The position numbers and the translations under genes were made by a program. Of a DNA stretch of 64,000 nt, positions 24,882 to 34,842 are shown piece by piece. Source of the DNA: an uncultured Bacteroidia bacterium (lineage in GTDB: Bacteria > Bacteroidota > Bacteroidia > J057 > JADKCL01); assembly GCA_964352215.1 (NCBI GenBank), contig CAYGRE010000005.1:18527-82526 (forward strand). The letters run 5' to 3'. How positions within the stretch are numbered: position 1 is the stretch's first letter; every line of letters begins with the position of its first letter. The notes below the pieces were generated by a model. It saw nothing but the letters and a program-made list of their open reading frames with translations, made no database searches and had not been told where the DNA came from.

Positions 24882-25724
24882 ATGCGCAGATCACTCTTGC
24901 GTCTTTCGTTGTACCTCTACCTCTTTTCCATGCTTCTGCCCATGGCCATGCCGGTTCGTGATCCGTTCCTTGAATTTTATATCCCCGGGATTGGTGCTTT
25001 CATTGGCGGCATTTTCACAATTGGTACTGTCCTGCAAATCCCTTTACTGTTTCTGGCATGGTTCTCCAACTTTCTTTTGCTGATTGGCTACTATCGGGGA
25101 TTGATCACGCGAAAACCATCTAAGGCGCTTGCGGTGGTGTGTGTAGTCCTGTCTTCCACCATATTCCTGTCCGAAATAGAATTCCGTTCTCCTTTTGACC
25201 CCTTTAACTCCCCTGCTTACCTGGTTTGGGTATCTTCCCAGGTCCTGTTTCTGATGGCCGAATTTGCTCCGGGTGAAAAGACCCACAGGCGGCTGGAGGG
25301 ACAGCTTCGGGTGAATGGACGCCTGAGACCCCTATTTAATGAAGCTGACCTGCTGCGGCTTTTGCCTGGGGAAAAATCATATAGACAGAGGGAGGTTGTT
25401 CTCCAGGGAAATGATGATACCTCGGTTCTGGTCCATTTCAATGAGTCCTACGGGTATGCCAAGATTTTCATGCACAAAGGAGATCCTGGCCAAATGACTT
25501 TGGGAAATCTGGAAAAACTGCCTGAAAGCCAGGTGTTTCGCGGCAAAAACCATGGCGACCGGACCTTTCCCGGACTGTACCTGATTACCCACGAACAGGG
25601 CATTGATATTCTTAAACATTTCGCCCAAACCGGAGCGGCCAACCCTGGCATCCAATGGAGTTCCGGTGAAGAACTTGCGACAGAACTCGACAATTCACCA
25701 ATCTTGGCGTACACAGGATTGTAA
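24882..25724 (+). CDS. Hypothetical membrane protein with N-terminal transmembrane helices
   Basis: MRRSLLRLSLYLYLFSMLLPMAM...YIPGIGAFIGGIFTIGTVLQIPLLFLAWFSNFLLLIGYY; the track start 24852 is a TTG, ATG at 24882 is more likely. Confidence 0.7.
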   Translation: MRRSLLRLSLYLYLFSMLLPMAMPVRDPFLEFYIPGIGAFIGGIFTIGTVLQIPLLFLAWFSNFLLLIGYYRGLITRKPSKALAVVCVVLSSTIFLSEIEFRSPFDPFNSPAYLVWVSSQVLFLMAEFAPGEKTHRRLEGQLRVNGRLRPLFNEADLLRLLPGEKSYRQREVVLQGNDDTSVLVHFNESYGYAKIFMHKGDPGQMTLGNLEKLPESQVFRGKNHGDRTFPGLYLITHEQGIDILKHFAQTGAANPGIQWSSGEELATELDNSPILAYTGL

Positions 25725-25756
25725 GCCTCAGATTTTGCTGTTATTTTCGCCCCGTC

Positions 25757-27391
25757 ATGGGTATGAGATTTTTATTGTTATTATTTTTTTTGCTGCCTAC
25801 GTTGGGTATGGCACAGCTTCCGGCTCCTCCCATCCCGTTTTCGGTTTCCCTCTACGGTGACCCGGCTCCCGGCTATATCTTTCTGACTCCACAATCCCGC
25901 TTCGCCAACGATGCCAACCCCGGTTGCCTGATGATTCTGGATTCTGCGGGTACTCAGGTTTTTTACGCGCCTCTGCTGATTAATTCTGAGCCGCCTTACA
26001 CCAATACCCGGCCTTTCGACTTCAAGGTCCACCCCAATGGTATGATGTCCTATGCCCCTTCTGCAGGAGCAGCCGGGTATACTTTCCTCTTCCTGGACAG
26101 CACTTTTCAGCTGGTTGACACCATTACCTGTGGGTCGCTCAAGACCGACGAACACGAGATGATCATCACTCCTGACAACCACTATCACTTTATCTGCACC
26201 GACTATGCTATTCGCGATGCCAGCGGTTTGCTGATGGCTGATACGGTAACCTACGGGAGTCCCAATTGCAGTGTGAAAAGCAACAGCATCGTGGAACTGG
26301 ATGAAAATAAGAACCAGGTCTTTTCCTGGTTTGCCCTTGACAACATCCCGATTGAAGATACCCAGAGCGACTTTTATACAAATTACCCCAGCCTCGACCA
26401 GGTACACTCCAACTCTATCAATTTTGACCTGGACAGCAACTATGTGATTTCCAACCGCAACCTGAGTGAGGTCACCAAGATCAACCGCCAGACCGGGGAC
26501 ATTATGTGGCGGCTGGGAGGCAAGGCGAATCAGTTCCAACTTATCGGGGATACGGTCTTTTTCAACGGCCAGCACGATGCCCGGATTGCCCCAAATGGGC
26601 ACCTTTATGTCTTTGACAATGCCAGGTTCGGTACCCAACAAATCGCCCGTTACCTGGAATACGATCTGGATACGGTCGCGATGACGGCCACGCTGGTGCG
26701 CGAAATCCAGCATCCTACCGGTCTCAATACGGCTATCATGGGAAATTCCCAACTGATGGACAATGATGGGGTGATCCTCACCTGGGGTGGCTTTTTCGAC
26801 GACACTTATCCTGCCAACGTCTCTGAATACGATGCATTTGATGACATTGTGATGGAGATTGATTTCCCATTGCACTGGGTCTCATATCGGGTCCACAAAC
26901 AGGATCCCCCTTTCTCTATTGAGCAACCTTTAGTGGACTGTGACCCGGAAGACCGGACCTTGAGTGCTCCGGCCGGACACACCATTTATGAGTGGAGCAC
27001 CGGAGAGACCAGTCCTACCATCACGGTAGATTCTCCAGGAACGTATTTCGTCTGGGTAGACCAGGGAATCGGTTTTATGAGGTCAGAGGATATTACGGTA
27101 AGCCTGATGTCAGACATTTGCCTGGATGTTTCCAATCCCGAACCTGTTGTCTCCAGCATCTCTCTCCACCCCAATCCCAGCAATGACCTGGTGGTAATCA
27201 GGGTCCCTGCCAATATGGGGGGTGACTGGACCCTTGACGTTTATGACCCACGTGGCCGCCTTGTTTCGCAAAAATCCTACAAAGGTGTTTTCCGGGCTGA
27301 AACCAGTCTTGGAGAATGGCCCAATGGTGTTTATCTTTTCAGGGCACGCAACGAAGAGAAAAGCTATTCCGGCCGTGTCCTGAAATATTAA
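25757..27391 (+). CDS. Arylsulfotransferase (ASST)-like secreted protein with T9SS C-terminal sorting domain
   Basis: Signal peptide; LKTDEHEMIITPDNHYHFICTD, GDIMWRLGGKANQFQL...FFNGQHDARIAPNGHLYVFDNA; C-term LHPNPSNDLVVIRV...LDVYDPRGRLVSQKSYKG...WPNGVYLFRARNEEKSYSGRVLKY. Confidence 0.85.
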   Translation: MGMRFLLLLFFLLPTLGMAQLPAPPIPFSVSLYGDPAPGYIFLTPQSRFANDANPGCLMILDSAGTQVFYAPLLINSEPPYTNTRPFDFKVHPNGMMSYAPSAGAAGYTFLFLDSTFQLVDTITCGSLKTDEHEMIITPDNHYHFICTDYAIRDASGLLMADTVTYGSPNCSVKSNSIVELDENKNQVFSWFALDNIPIEDTQSDFYTNYPSLDQVHSNSINFDLDSNYVISNRNLSEVTKINRQTGDIMWRLGGKANQFQLIGDTVFFNGQHDARIAPNGHLYVFDNARFGTQQIARYLEYDLDTVAMTATLVREIQHPTGLNTAIMGNSQLMDNDGVILTWGGFFDDTYPANVSEYDAFDDIVMEIDFPLHWVSYRVHKQDPPFSIEQPLVDCDPEDRTLSAPAGHTIYEWSTGETSPTITVDSPGTYFVWVDQGIGFMRSEDITVSLMSDICLDVSNPEPVVSSISLHPNPSNDLVVIRVPANMGGDWTLDVYDPRGRLVSQKSYKGVFRAETSLGEWPNGVYLFRARNEEKSYSGRVLKY

Positions 27392-27406
27392 CCTGCCTGC
27401 ACGGCC

Positions 27407-28441
27407 ATGCCCATTCTTGAAGCGCCACCTTATTCCCCTCCCTTTCACCTTCGTCAGAAGGACCTTCATACCATTATTCCGGCGCGAACCCGCAGAGTTA
27501 AGGTGAGCTACAACCGGTTCCGGCTCGAATTGCCCGATGGTGACTTTCTCGACCTGGACTTTTCAGCTGCCAATACTGACTTTGCAGCTCCCAATTCTGA
27601 CTTTTCAGCTCCCAGACCGGGGAAGAAAAGGCCCATTTTTATTACTACCCACGGCCTGGAGGGGAATTCCGGTTCTCGCTATATCAAGGGAATTACCAGG
27701 GCTGTCAACGAAGCCGGTTTTGATTCAGTGGCCCTGAACCTCCGGGGTTGCAGCGGTGAACCCAACCGGCTCTATATCTCTTACCACAGCGGCAAGACGG
27801 ATGACCTGGACCATGTGGTCAACCACCTGATCGACGACCTCGGTTACCGGGAAATAATCCTGAATGGGTTTTCGCTGGGAGGAAATCTTTCCATCAAGTA
27901 TGCGGGGGAGCGCGGGGATTCGATTCGCCCTGAGATTAAAGGGCTGGTTGCCGCCTCTGTCCCTTGTGACCTGGAAGCCACTTGTGCCAATCTCCAACGC
28001 AGACGCAACTGGGTCTACTTGAAGAATTTCATGATCACCCTGAAGAAGAAGGCGATTATGAAGCAGCAGTCGTTTCCCGAAGAGGCTACTTATACGCTGG
28101 CAGAGGCCAGGGCAGTTCGCAATTTCATTGACTACGACAACCTCTATACAGCCCCGGCCCATGGATTCAAGGATGCGCCGGACTACTACCAATCCTGTTC
28201 CAGCAACCGGTTTATCAGCGGCCTTACGATCCCGACCCTCCTGATCAATGCGGTGGATGATCCGTTTCTGACTCCGGAATGCTTTCCCTTTGCGCAAGCC
28301 AAAGACCATCCCTTGTTTCATTTCATGGCTCCCCAAAAAGGCGGGCATGTCGGCTTTACCGAGCACTGGCGGCAGAAGGGGAATACGTGGTTGGAAGACC
28401 GGGTGGTGGAGTTTTTGGAGCGGTTTAGGGGGAAGTTCTGA
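27407..28441 (+). CDS. Alpha/beta-fold hydrolase of the YheT type
   Basis: PIFITTHGLEGNSGSRYIKGITRAVNEAGFDSVALNLRGCSGEPN...YHSGKTDDLDHVVNHLI...EIILNGFSLGGNLSIKYAGE. Confidence 0.88.
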   Translation: MPILEAPPYSPPFHLRQKDLHTIIPARTRRVKVSYNRFRLELPDGDFLDLDFSAANTDFAAPNSDFSAPRPGKKRPIFITTHGLEGNSGSRYIKGITRAVNEAGFDSVALNLRGCSGEPNRLYISYHSGKTDDLDHVVNHLIDDLGYREIILNGFSLGGNLSIKYAGERGDSIRPEIKGLVAASVPCDLEATCANLQRRRNWVYLKNFMITLKKKAIMKQQSFPEEATYTLAEARAVRNFIDYDNLYTAPAHGFKDAPDYYQSCSSNRFISGLTIPTLLINAVDDPFLTPECFPFAQAKDHPLFHFMAPQKGGHVGFTEHWRQKGNTWLEDRVVEFLERFRGKF

Positions 28442-28534
28442 AAGGGGCCAATTTGAGTACGTAAGATCAAGCAGGAATACCTATTTGACCTGATCCTGAT
28501 ATTGCTATCTTGTAGCTAACCCAACATCGACCCC

Positions 28535-30076
28535 ATGAACCGAACCAAACGCCCTCTATTGCTGCTTTTGCTGACCATTTTTACAGGAATGCTCCATGCT
28601 CAGGCCTATCATCCATTCCCAGATATGTATACCCATCATTTCACGATGCCCGATTCCGGTAACTCTGGTACAGGGATTTTTTCACTGAAAGTCGAGGGAA
28701 TAACTGTACAAGGTGTAGACACGTTGTACTCCTTCAATTCTATCCTGAGGCCTCCGCTTCCCAATACGCCACTGATCAATTGCAATGGTGATGATGTAAA
28801 TAACGATCCCGGTTGGGCAGTGCTGATGCCGGACCAGAACAATATTCTGGGTCATAGTTTCCGTAACCTGGCAAACGGTGGTGTCGAATTCATCACCTCT
28901 ACACCAGATACCTTTCTGATTCGTCCGGGTGCCCGGACTGGGGATTCCTGGACCTTCAATGCTGGCCTGGGCATCACCGCGCAGGTGGTCTCCGAAGGGG
29001 TGGAAAGTGTTTTGGGGCAGAACGACAGTGTCAAAGTGATTGCGCTTTCCAATGGTCGGGAACTGGCATTGAGCAAAGCCTATGGCTTGGTTCGGGGGTA
29101 TTCATTGCTGCCGGTGAAATCCCTGGAAACGGGGAAGCAATACGGTACCGACATGACTTTGTGGGGAATTGAAGAATTGAATCTGGGTGGGAATCTGCCT
29201 GGTTTCGATGCCATTTTCGGTGCGTTGGTAGTCGGAGATCGTTATCAGGAAAGAAGTTTTTCCTATGGCTCATCTGGAACGACTACCAGTTGGACCAACC
29301 ATGAGGTGCAAAGCAAAACGGCGAACCCGGGAGAATATTCCTACGTCACCAGTGGTTCGAAATTGACGTATCTGGTAAATTACATCTTCACCGGCGGCTC
29401 CACCACCGATACCACATATACGCCCTCCGATACCCGAACGGTCACACATATTGACGCCGACCATCCCTATTTATACCTCCTTCCGGCCAACTTCCACGTT
29501 TCCACGAATACCAACGATTACTATGTACACACTGAATCCATTCTGCTTGCAGATGGACGGGTAAGACGCTTTTTCGCCAGGTTTGAGGAATTCGACCCTT
29601 GCATCGGTGGCTTGATCAATTTCTCCCCAAATGGAGGAACCTCGCTCACGTATGAAGAAGGGGTAGGCAGGACGAGTCGCAGCAACTGGTATTCCGGGGG
29701 TTCCAATTCTCAAACCATCGGCTGCTGGGACCTCGCAGGGGCAGGCCAGTATGGCAATTGTAAGGACCTGGCTGCGGGGGCGGGGCTTACGCCCACCAAT
29801 ATAGGTGGATCACTTCCCGACGATCCGAGCGGGCTTCCGGTTGGAGTCTGGGGAAACAGGAATGGAGATGGTCATCTAACGCTGGTCCCTGGTGACAAGG
29901 CGGAATACCTCACGGTATGGGAAGTGAGTGGCAGAAAGGTTATGGAAATACCATTGCTGTCCCGGAACAGCACTTATGACATCTCAGTGGATGGATGGCT
30001 ATCCGGTATCTATGTTTTCCGGGTACACAGGAAGAATGGTCAGGTGGAGAGCTTTCGGACGGCTATCTTCAGATAG
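28535..30076 (+). CDS. Secreted hypothetical protein with T9SS sorting domain
   Basis: Signal-like N-term; C-term VPGDKAEYLTVWEVSGRKVMEIPLLSRNSTYDISVDGWLSGIYVFRVHRKNGQVESFRTAIFR. Confidence 0.8.
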   Translation: MNRTKRPLLLLLLTIFTGMLHAQAYHPFPDMYTHHFTMPDSGNSGTGIFSLKVEGITVQGVDTLYSFNSILRPPLPNTPLINCNGDDVNNDPGWAVLMPDQNNILGHSFRNLANGGVEFITSTPDTFLIRPGARTGDSWTFNAGLGITAQVVSEGVESVLGQNDSVKVIALSNGRELALSKAYGLVRGYSLLPVKSLETGKQYGTDMTLWGIEELNLGGNLPGFDAIFGALVVGDRYQERSFSYGSSGTTTSWTNHEVQSKTANPGEYSYVTSGSKLTYLVNYIFTGGSTTDTTYTPSDTRTVTHIDADHPYLYLLPANFHVSTNTNDYYVHTESILLADGRVRRFFARFEEFDPCIGGLINFSPNGGTSLTYEEGVGRTSRSNWYSGGSNSQTIGCWDLAGAGQYGNCKDLAAGAGLTPTNIGGSLPDDPSGLPVGVWGNRNGDGHLTLVPGDKAEYLTVWEVSGRKVMEIPLLSRNSTYDISVDGWLSGIYVFRVHRKNGQVESFRTAIFR

Positions 30077-30128
30077 GTGTTTTCTGAAATTGGAATAACA
30101 ATTCCCCCCTTCAATTGCTTATTCTGAC

Positions 30129-30791
30129 ATGTTAAGATCTATTCATTTTTCAATCATCGTACTGTTGCTGGGTTTTCTGCCATTGTTTTCTCAGGCCCAG
30201 ACTCCGACCGAACCAGCTGTGCAAATGTCGCCCGAATCGCTGTCTCAACTCCAACCCGAACTCGATGCCCTCAATGCCGAGCGCCTCAAGCTCAACAAAA
30301 CCGGGATGATCGTTTTGGGTTCCTGGGCGGTTGCCAATATCGGGTACAGTGGGGTTCAGATGGGCCGGACCTCTGGTTCTACCCGCGCCTTTCACCAAAT
30401 GAATGTGGCTTGGAATGGGGTCAACCTTGCCATTGCTGGCTTGGGTTACTGGGGAAGTCACCGGACACGGAACAAGCAATATGACCTAACCGGCACGGTG
30501 AAGGAACAAAAGAAGATTGAATTGTCCCTGATGCTGAATACGGGGCTGGATGTCGGTTATATGGCCTTTGGCCTCTATCTCCGCGAACGTTCTTCCAATG
30601 AACTCGGAGACCGCCGGGACCAGTTCAGAGGATGGGGAAATTCGCTGATCCTGCAAGGTGGGTTTCTATTTGTTTATGACCTTACTATGAGCGTCCTCCA
30701 CCAGCGTCATGGGAACAAGGGGATCATGAAGGTACTGGACCGGTTGTATCCTGCGCCCGGTGGATTGGGTTTGAGTATTCCTTTGAATTAA
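30129..30791 (+). CDS. Conserved hypothetical membrane protein
   Basis: Signal peptide and several hydrophobic segments (GSWAVANIGYSGVQMG, AWNGVNLAIAGLGYWG). Confidence 0.75.
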   Translation: MLRSIHFSIIVLLLGFLPLFSQAQTPTEPAVQMSPESLSQLQPELDALNAERLKLNKTGMIVLGSWAVANIGYSGVQMGRTSGSTRAFHQMNVAWNGVNLAIAGLGYWGSHRTRNKQYDLTGTVKEQKKIELSLMLNTGLDVGYMAFGLYLRERSSNELGDRRDQFRGWGNSLILQGGFLFVYDLTMSVLHQRHGNKGIMKVLDRLYPAPGGLGLSIPLN

Positions 30792-30878
30792 TCTTCGCCT
30801 GATCTTTGGGGCAACCTTCGCCTAGTCTTTGGGTCAACCCCTCTTCGTATTTGGATTAACTCTTCAGTTCATCTTCGA

Positions 30879-32477
30879 TTACCCCTTCTTCAGGTTTTTG
30901 ATCCGCTTGTCCGTCATCCAGACGTCGCTGAAGTTCTGGTTCATCAGGGTGCGGCAGGCTTCGGTATTGGTAAACATTTCTGCTCCCAGATCCGGAATTC
31001 CCTCTTCGTATAAGCGTTCTCCCAACTGACGGTAAACTACTTCGGGTTCAATCCCCGCCGCTTTCTGTTCCTCCGTCTGCTTGGGTTGCTTCCAATGCTT
31101 GACCTGGGTCTTACCTGCCTGGCGGAGGTATTCATCCGAAATACTGCTCTTATAATGGGACCACATTTCGTCGCGGAGGCCAGGACGAATTGCCATGCGC
31201 TGTTCTTCGGTCAATTCGGGGAAAAGGCGCAACAGTTCGGAGTCAATGAAGGTGTCGGGATAGAGGACGTCAAAGATATGTACCACGCCATCTTCTCCGG
31301 CCAGTTTTCCATAGGCCAGCGAGGTAAAATTATTGGTGGTATGGCCTGCGGTGAGGTGACCAAAGACGGTGGAATCTTCTCCCAATTCTTCTTGTAAACG
31401 GGCTGCGAATGAGGTATCTCCGCCCATTTCCTGTCCATCTGGCCGCTGCCGGTGCTCATTCCCTGATTTCTTGAGGTGGTTCTCTTCGTCGAATTCACGT
31501 GCGGCATTACAAGCAAACAACTGCACGTTGACATCATTTTTAATCGCTCCCTGAAGCCCGTCTGCAAATGACTCTATATTGGGGGCCGTCTCTCGGTATT
31601 TCCGGTCGTCGGGTTGGCCGGCTACCAATCCATCGCGGTAAGCTCCACCGGCATCGGTCCCTACGCCATAAGGCATGCCGTGGGCAAAAATAGCCAGGTT
31701 CTTGACCTGGGTCCAGGCGGGCACCATCACCGGACCTTGGAAATAATCGTTTACGGTTGCATTCCAATTGGTCCAGAACACTTCCTGAAGGCTCCGGGAG
31801 ATGCTTTGTACCATCTCGACGATCTCATGGGTCTCGGTGACCTTTAAGGGTACTCCGATCTGCAATTCCCCGGCCTCGTTGATGCCAATGGCGCTGTTGT
31901 GCTTGGCCCAGGGGTTGGCCACTTTCCAGAAGGTTTGGTTGTTTTCTTTCTGGTCGTCGTAATGGGTGTAGCAACCGACGGTGATCCCATTCTGGAACGC
32001 TGGTTTCGGATTCCCGTCTTCGTCCAGGATTTGCCTGACGAAATCGGGCATGGCTTTGGCATTGGTGATCTTCCCGGTAAAGAGGAGGCCATGCTGCTTG
32101 AAAAAGGTTTTGTCCGCGATCCCGTCTTCTTTGCCTTTTTTGTTGTCGCTTTTGCCTTCGTTGTTGGTGACCTGGCGGTTGTAGACGGCGTTGATGGTAG
32201 CATCGTCGTAGACACCGGTCGGGTCGATGCCGAGGGAGGTTTGCAACTGCTGGATGGCTTCAGCGCCAAGGTCGGTGTCGGCGGCCCACTGCCGGGCTGC
32301 GGCAGTCTGGTCCGGGTCCAGGGTGGCCTGGATAGGCGCATTGGTTGGCATGGCTCCTTTTCCGGCCTCGAGCTGGAGGGAGGGTGGAGCCATGGTGTTG
32401 GTTGGTGATTTTGGGCTTTTGCTTGCTGAAGCGGGCTGGGCTGTCGTTGGCTGGTGATGGGGCATCTTTTCTTCCAT
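30879..32477 (-). CDS. Hypothetical 532 aa protein; candidate clan CD-like His/Cys dyad domain; possible secreted effector
   Basis: Low-complexity N-term; EAIQQLQTSLGIDPTGVYDDATINAVY resembles a peptidoglycan-binding repeat; LAIFAHGMPYG ... VNVQLFACNAAREF. Confidence 0.75.
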   Translation of the reverse strand: MEEKMPHHQPTTAQPASASKSPKSPTNTMAPPSLQLEAGKGAMPTNAPIQATLDPDQTAAARQWAADTDLGAEAIQQLQTSLGIDPTGVYDDATINAVYNRQVTNNEGKSDNKKGKEDGIADKTFFKQHGLLFTGKITNAKAMPDFVRQILDEDGNPKPAFQNGITVGCYTHYDDQKENNQTFWKVANPWAKHNSAIGINEAGELQIGVPLKVTETHEIVEMVQSISRSLQEVFWTNWNATVNDYFQGPVMVPAWTQVKNLAIFAHGMPYGVGTDAGGAYRDGLVAGQPDDRKYRETAPNIESFADGLQGAIKNDVNVQLFACNAAREFDEENHLKKSGNEHRQRPDGQEMGGDTSFAARLQEELGEDSTVFGHLTAGHTTNNFTSLAYGKLAGEDGVVHIFDVLYPDTFIDSELLRLFPELTEEQRMAIRPGLRDEMWSHYKSSISDEYLRQAGKTQVKHWKQPKQTEEQKAAGIEPEVVYRQLGERLYEEGIPDLGAEMFTNTEACRTLMNQNFSDVWMTDKRIKNLKKG

Positions 32478-32490
32478 GGTGTTATCAATT

Positions 32491-32575
32491 GGCGATCAGT
32501 TCCTGTTGGCGATCAGTTCTTGTTGGCGATCGGTTCTTGTTGGCGATCGGTTCTTGTTCGCGATCAGTTCTTGTT
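32491..32575. repeat. Five tandem 17-bp repeats (ggcgatcagttcttgtt consensus)
   Basis: Direct reading: ggcgatcagttcctgtt, ggcgatcagttcttgtt, ggcgatcggttcttgtt (x2), cgcgatcagttcttgtt; partial sixth copy follows. Confidence 0.95.
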
Positions 32576-32912
32576 CGCGAGTTCTTGGCTTGATCTTCTA
32601 TTGATGGCAGGAAGGAGGGAGAAAGTAACCCAGTGGGGGTAAAAAAATTGATCGCGTGTAGGGCGAAAATGGAGCGGAACGGGTACCTCTTGTTGATGAG
32701 AGGGCACCCGGACCCTCGGAAGCGGGTGCTTAATTCGAACCCTTTTATATTGGTTGCTGGTGATTTAAAGCTATTTGCTACTATTAGGACTGGTTGATTT
32801 AATCCATCTGTTCGATGAATTTGCCAAAGTCATTCTTGGGATCCCTTCAAGAGCCAGCGACGCAGCCCACTACTATTATCTATCCCCTGATTGCTGGAAG
32901 AACAAGGATGAA

Positions 32913-34460
32913 TTATACCTTCGCCACAGGCTTTCCTTTCATCCCTTCCTCCACCAACCAGGCAACAAACTCCGCAAAAGGTTTTATATCCTGATCCACA
33001 CTGGCAGCTTCCAAAGCTTCCATGTAGCGATCCCTTTCCTCTACCGGGATTACCGTCCAGGGATATCCACCAGATGCTAACATAACGTTCATCAGGAAAC
33101 GCCCCATTCGTCCGTTGCCATCCATGTAGGGGTGAATAAATACAAAAATGAAATGACCTAATACGGCTCGCACACCTGCATGTTCCTCTGTTTGTAATAG
33201 GTCAAAAAGTACCGGCATAGCATCTCTTACCGCTTCTTTGTTGATAGGCGTATGCTTAGATTTTCCGATATACACCTGATTGGTTCTATACCCTGCTAAA
33301 TCGGAGGGTTTCAGGATTCCTACATTCACACTTGGAGCAAACAATTCACGATACCAGTCACCATGGTCCTGATCAGCAACAGCACCAGCATTTTCTCCAT
33401 TCAATATCTTTTTAATGCTTTCCTTCACTGCATTAAAGGCTTGCCAATAACCCCTGGCAGCCATGGCGTCCTTTTGTTGTCGGTCAGCTTCATTTTCTTT
33501 AGCGTCCCATGATCCCGATCGTACACGGTCAATTATTCCAGGAGTTACCCGGTATTTTTCAATGGATAATGAGTGATAAGCATCGGTAGTATAGATTTCC
33601 TCCATCATTGTAATATAGCTGCCAATATCTGCTGGAAACCCAGGAGGTTTTGGAAAAACCGCAACAACCTTTTTTCGCATTTCATGCCATAACAAACGAA
33701 TGCGGTTCACATAAGGTGACCTTTCACGTGCATTCAGTGCAATGGGTGTTTCTTCTTCAAAAGGATCAGTTTCTCTTATATCATAGCTTACCGACTTCAT
33801 GGCTTTCAGGATATCATTGGCAATTTTCTCTTGTCCCAAATTGCGATAAGCACCTACCAATCTCCCCGCAATGGTCGAATGTCCTCCATCCAACAACGGC
33901 CCTAACAATTCAGAAGCATCACGAATCATTGATAATCCTGTCCGTACATCTGTCGGATTTGTCCGAAATAAAGCAGGTTGTGAATGAATAATCGCGGAAG
34001 GTAGGTTGACTATGCGTACGCCTTTTTTTGTTTCAATTTCTGCCTTATCTGGTAAGGTTGATTTCATCACAAACAATGATGTTTTAAACAACAGCTCAAC
34101 CGGCATGTTGTTCCCTTTTGTTGACCGAATAATTAGCTGATGGGGTACAGAGGTGTTACCTGCGTGGATGAGCAATGACTGTTCAGCCGAAATGCAATAA
34201 TTTTCCCCATAGCGATCTTCTAAATAGCGTGAGCAAAATCCCCAATAAGATGTAAACCAAGAGGTGCTATCTCCTTGTTGTTCACCATGAGGAGCAACAA
34301 TGTACCACCCACGAATCACTTCCCGGATAAATCCATTGGCAACCAGTCTCTCTCTGTGTACTCGTGAAAGATCATCTGTTTTAATCCCTACAATGCCTTT
34401 GTCTTGTAGTTCCTTTAGCTTTTCTAATGATTCTGCTAATTTCTCTCCGGGCGTTGCCAT
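32913..34460 (-). CDS. Fic-domain protein with N-terminal AbiEi-like winged-helix region
   Basis: Fic motif HPYMDGNGRMGR; N-term LKELQDKGIVGIKTDDLSRVHRERLVANGFIREVIRGWYIV and SAEQSLLIHAGNTSVPHQLIIRS. Confidence 0.9.
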   Translation of the reverse strand: MATPGEKLAESLEKLKELQDKGIVGIKTDDLSRVHRERLVANGFIREVIRGWYIVAPHGEQQGDSTSWFTSYWGFCSRYLEDRYGENYCISAEQSLLIHAGNTSVPHQLIIRSTKGNNMPVELLFKTSLFVMKSTLPDKAEIETKKGVRIVNLPSAIIHSQPALFRTNPTDVRTGLSMIRDASELLGPLLDGGHSTIAGRLVGAYRNLGQEKIANDILKAMKSVSYDIRETDPFEEETPIALNARERSPYVNRIRLLWHEMRKKVVAVFPKPPGFPADIGSYITMMEEIYTTDAYHSLSIEKYRVTPGIIDRVRSGSWDAKENEADRQQKDAMAARGYWQAFNAVKESIKKILNGENAGAVADQDHGDWYRELFAPSVNVGILKPSDLAGYRTNQVYIGKSKHTPINKEAVRDAMPVLFDLLQTEEHAGVRAVLGHFIFVFIHPYMDGNGRMGRFLMNVMLASGGYPWTVIPVEERDRYMEALEAASVDQDIKPFAEFVAWLVEEGMKGKPVAKV

Positions 34461-34498
34461 GCTATTGTGTTAATCTTATTGTTAAACGATGTGCTTCT

Positions 34499-34560
34499 AT
34501 TATTATTTAGTGCTGGGATGTGATTATTATTTAATGACGTACTAGAATTATTATTTAATG
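34499..34560. promoter_or_regulatory. Three operator-like direct repeats attattattta(a/g)tg at 24-bp spacing upstream of the Fic gene
   Basis: Copies at 34499-34512, 34523-34536 and 34547-34560. Confidence 0.7.
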
Positions 34561-34842
34561 TAGTTGTGTGGATAATAAGCTAAAATACAATGAGATAAAA
34601 GAATAATTTAGTCGTGTTAAAAAAGTGATCTCCCCCCAATCCAATGAACGGCGTTTGGGTATTTATGCAATTACTACTCAGTCCTATTGTATTGGAATAC
34701 AAGACCTTTCAACTTTGAAGTCTGCCTCTATTGTTCCTGAACTCTAGTAGAGTTATTGGCATTATGAGTGGGTCAAACGAATCGGTATATCCATTATGAG
34801 CAAACATCCCATGAATCTTCTCGTTTTTAGCTATCTTTAATT

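Noticed and set aside
31844-32488. 214 aa minus ORF
   Set aside because: Overlaps the 532 aa frame; product is Pro/Ser/Lys-rich frame-shift noise.
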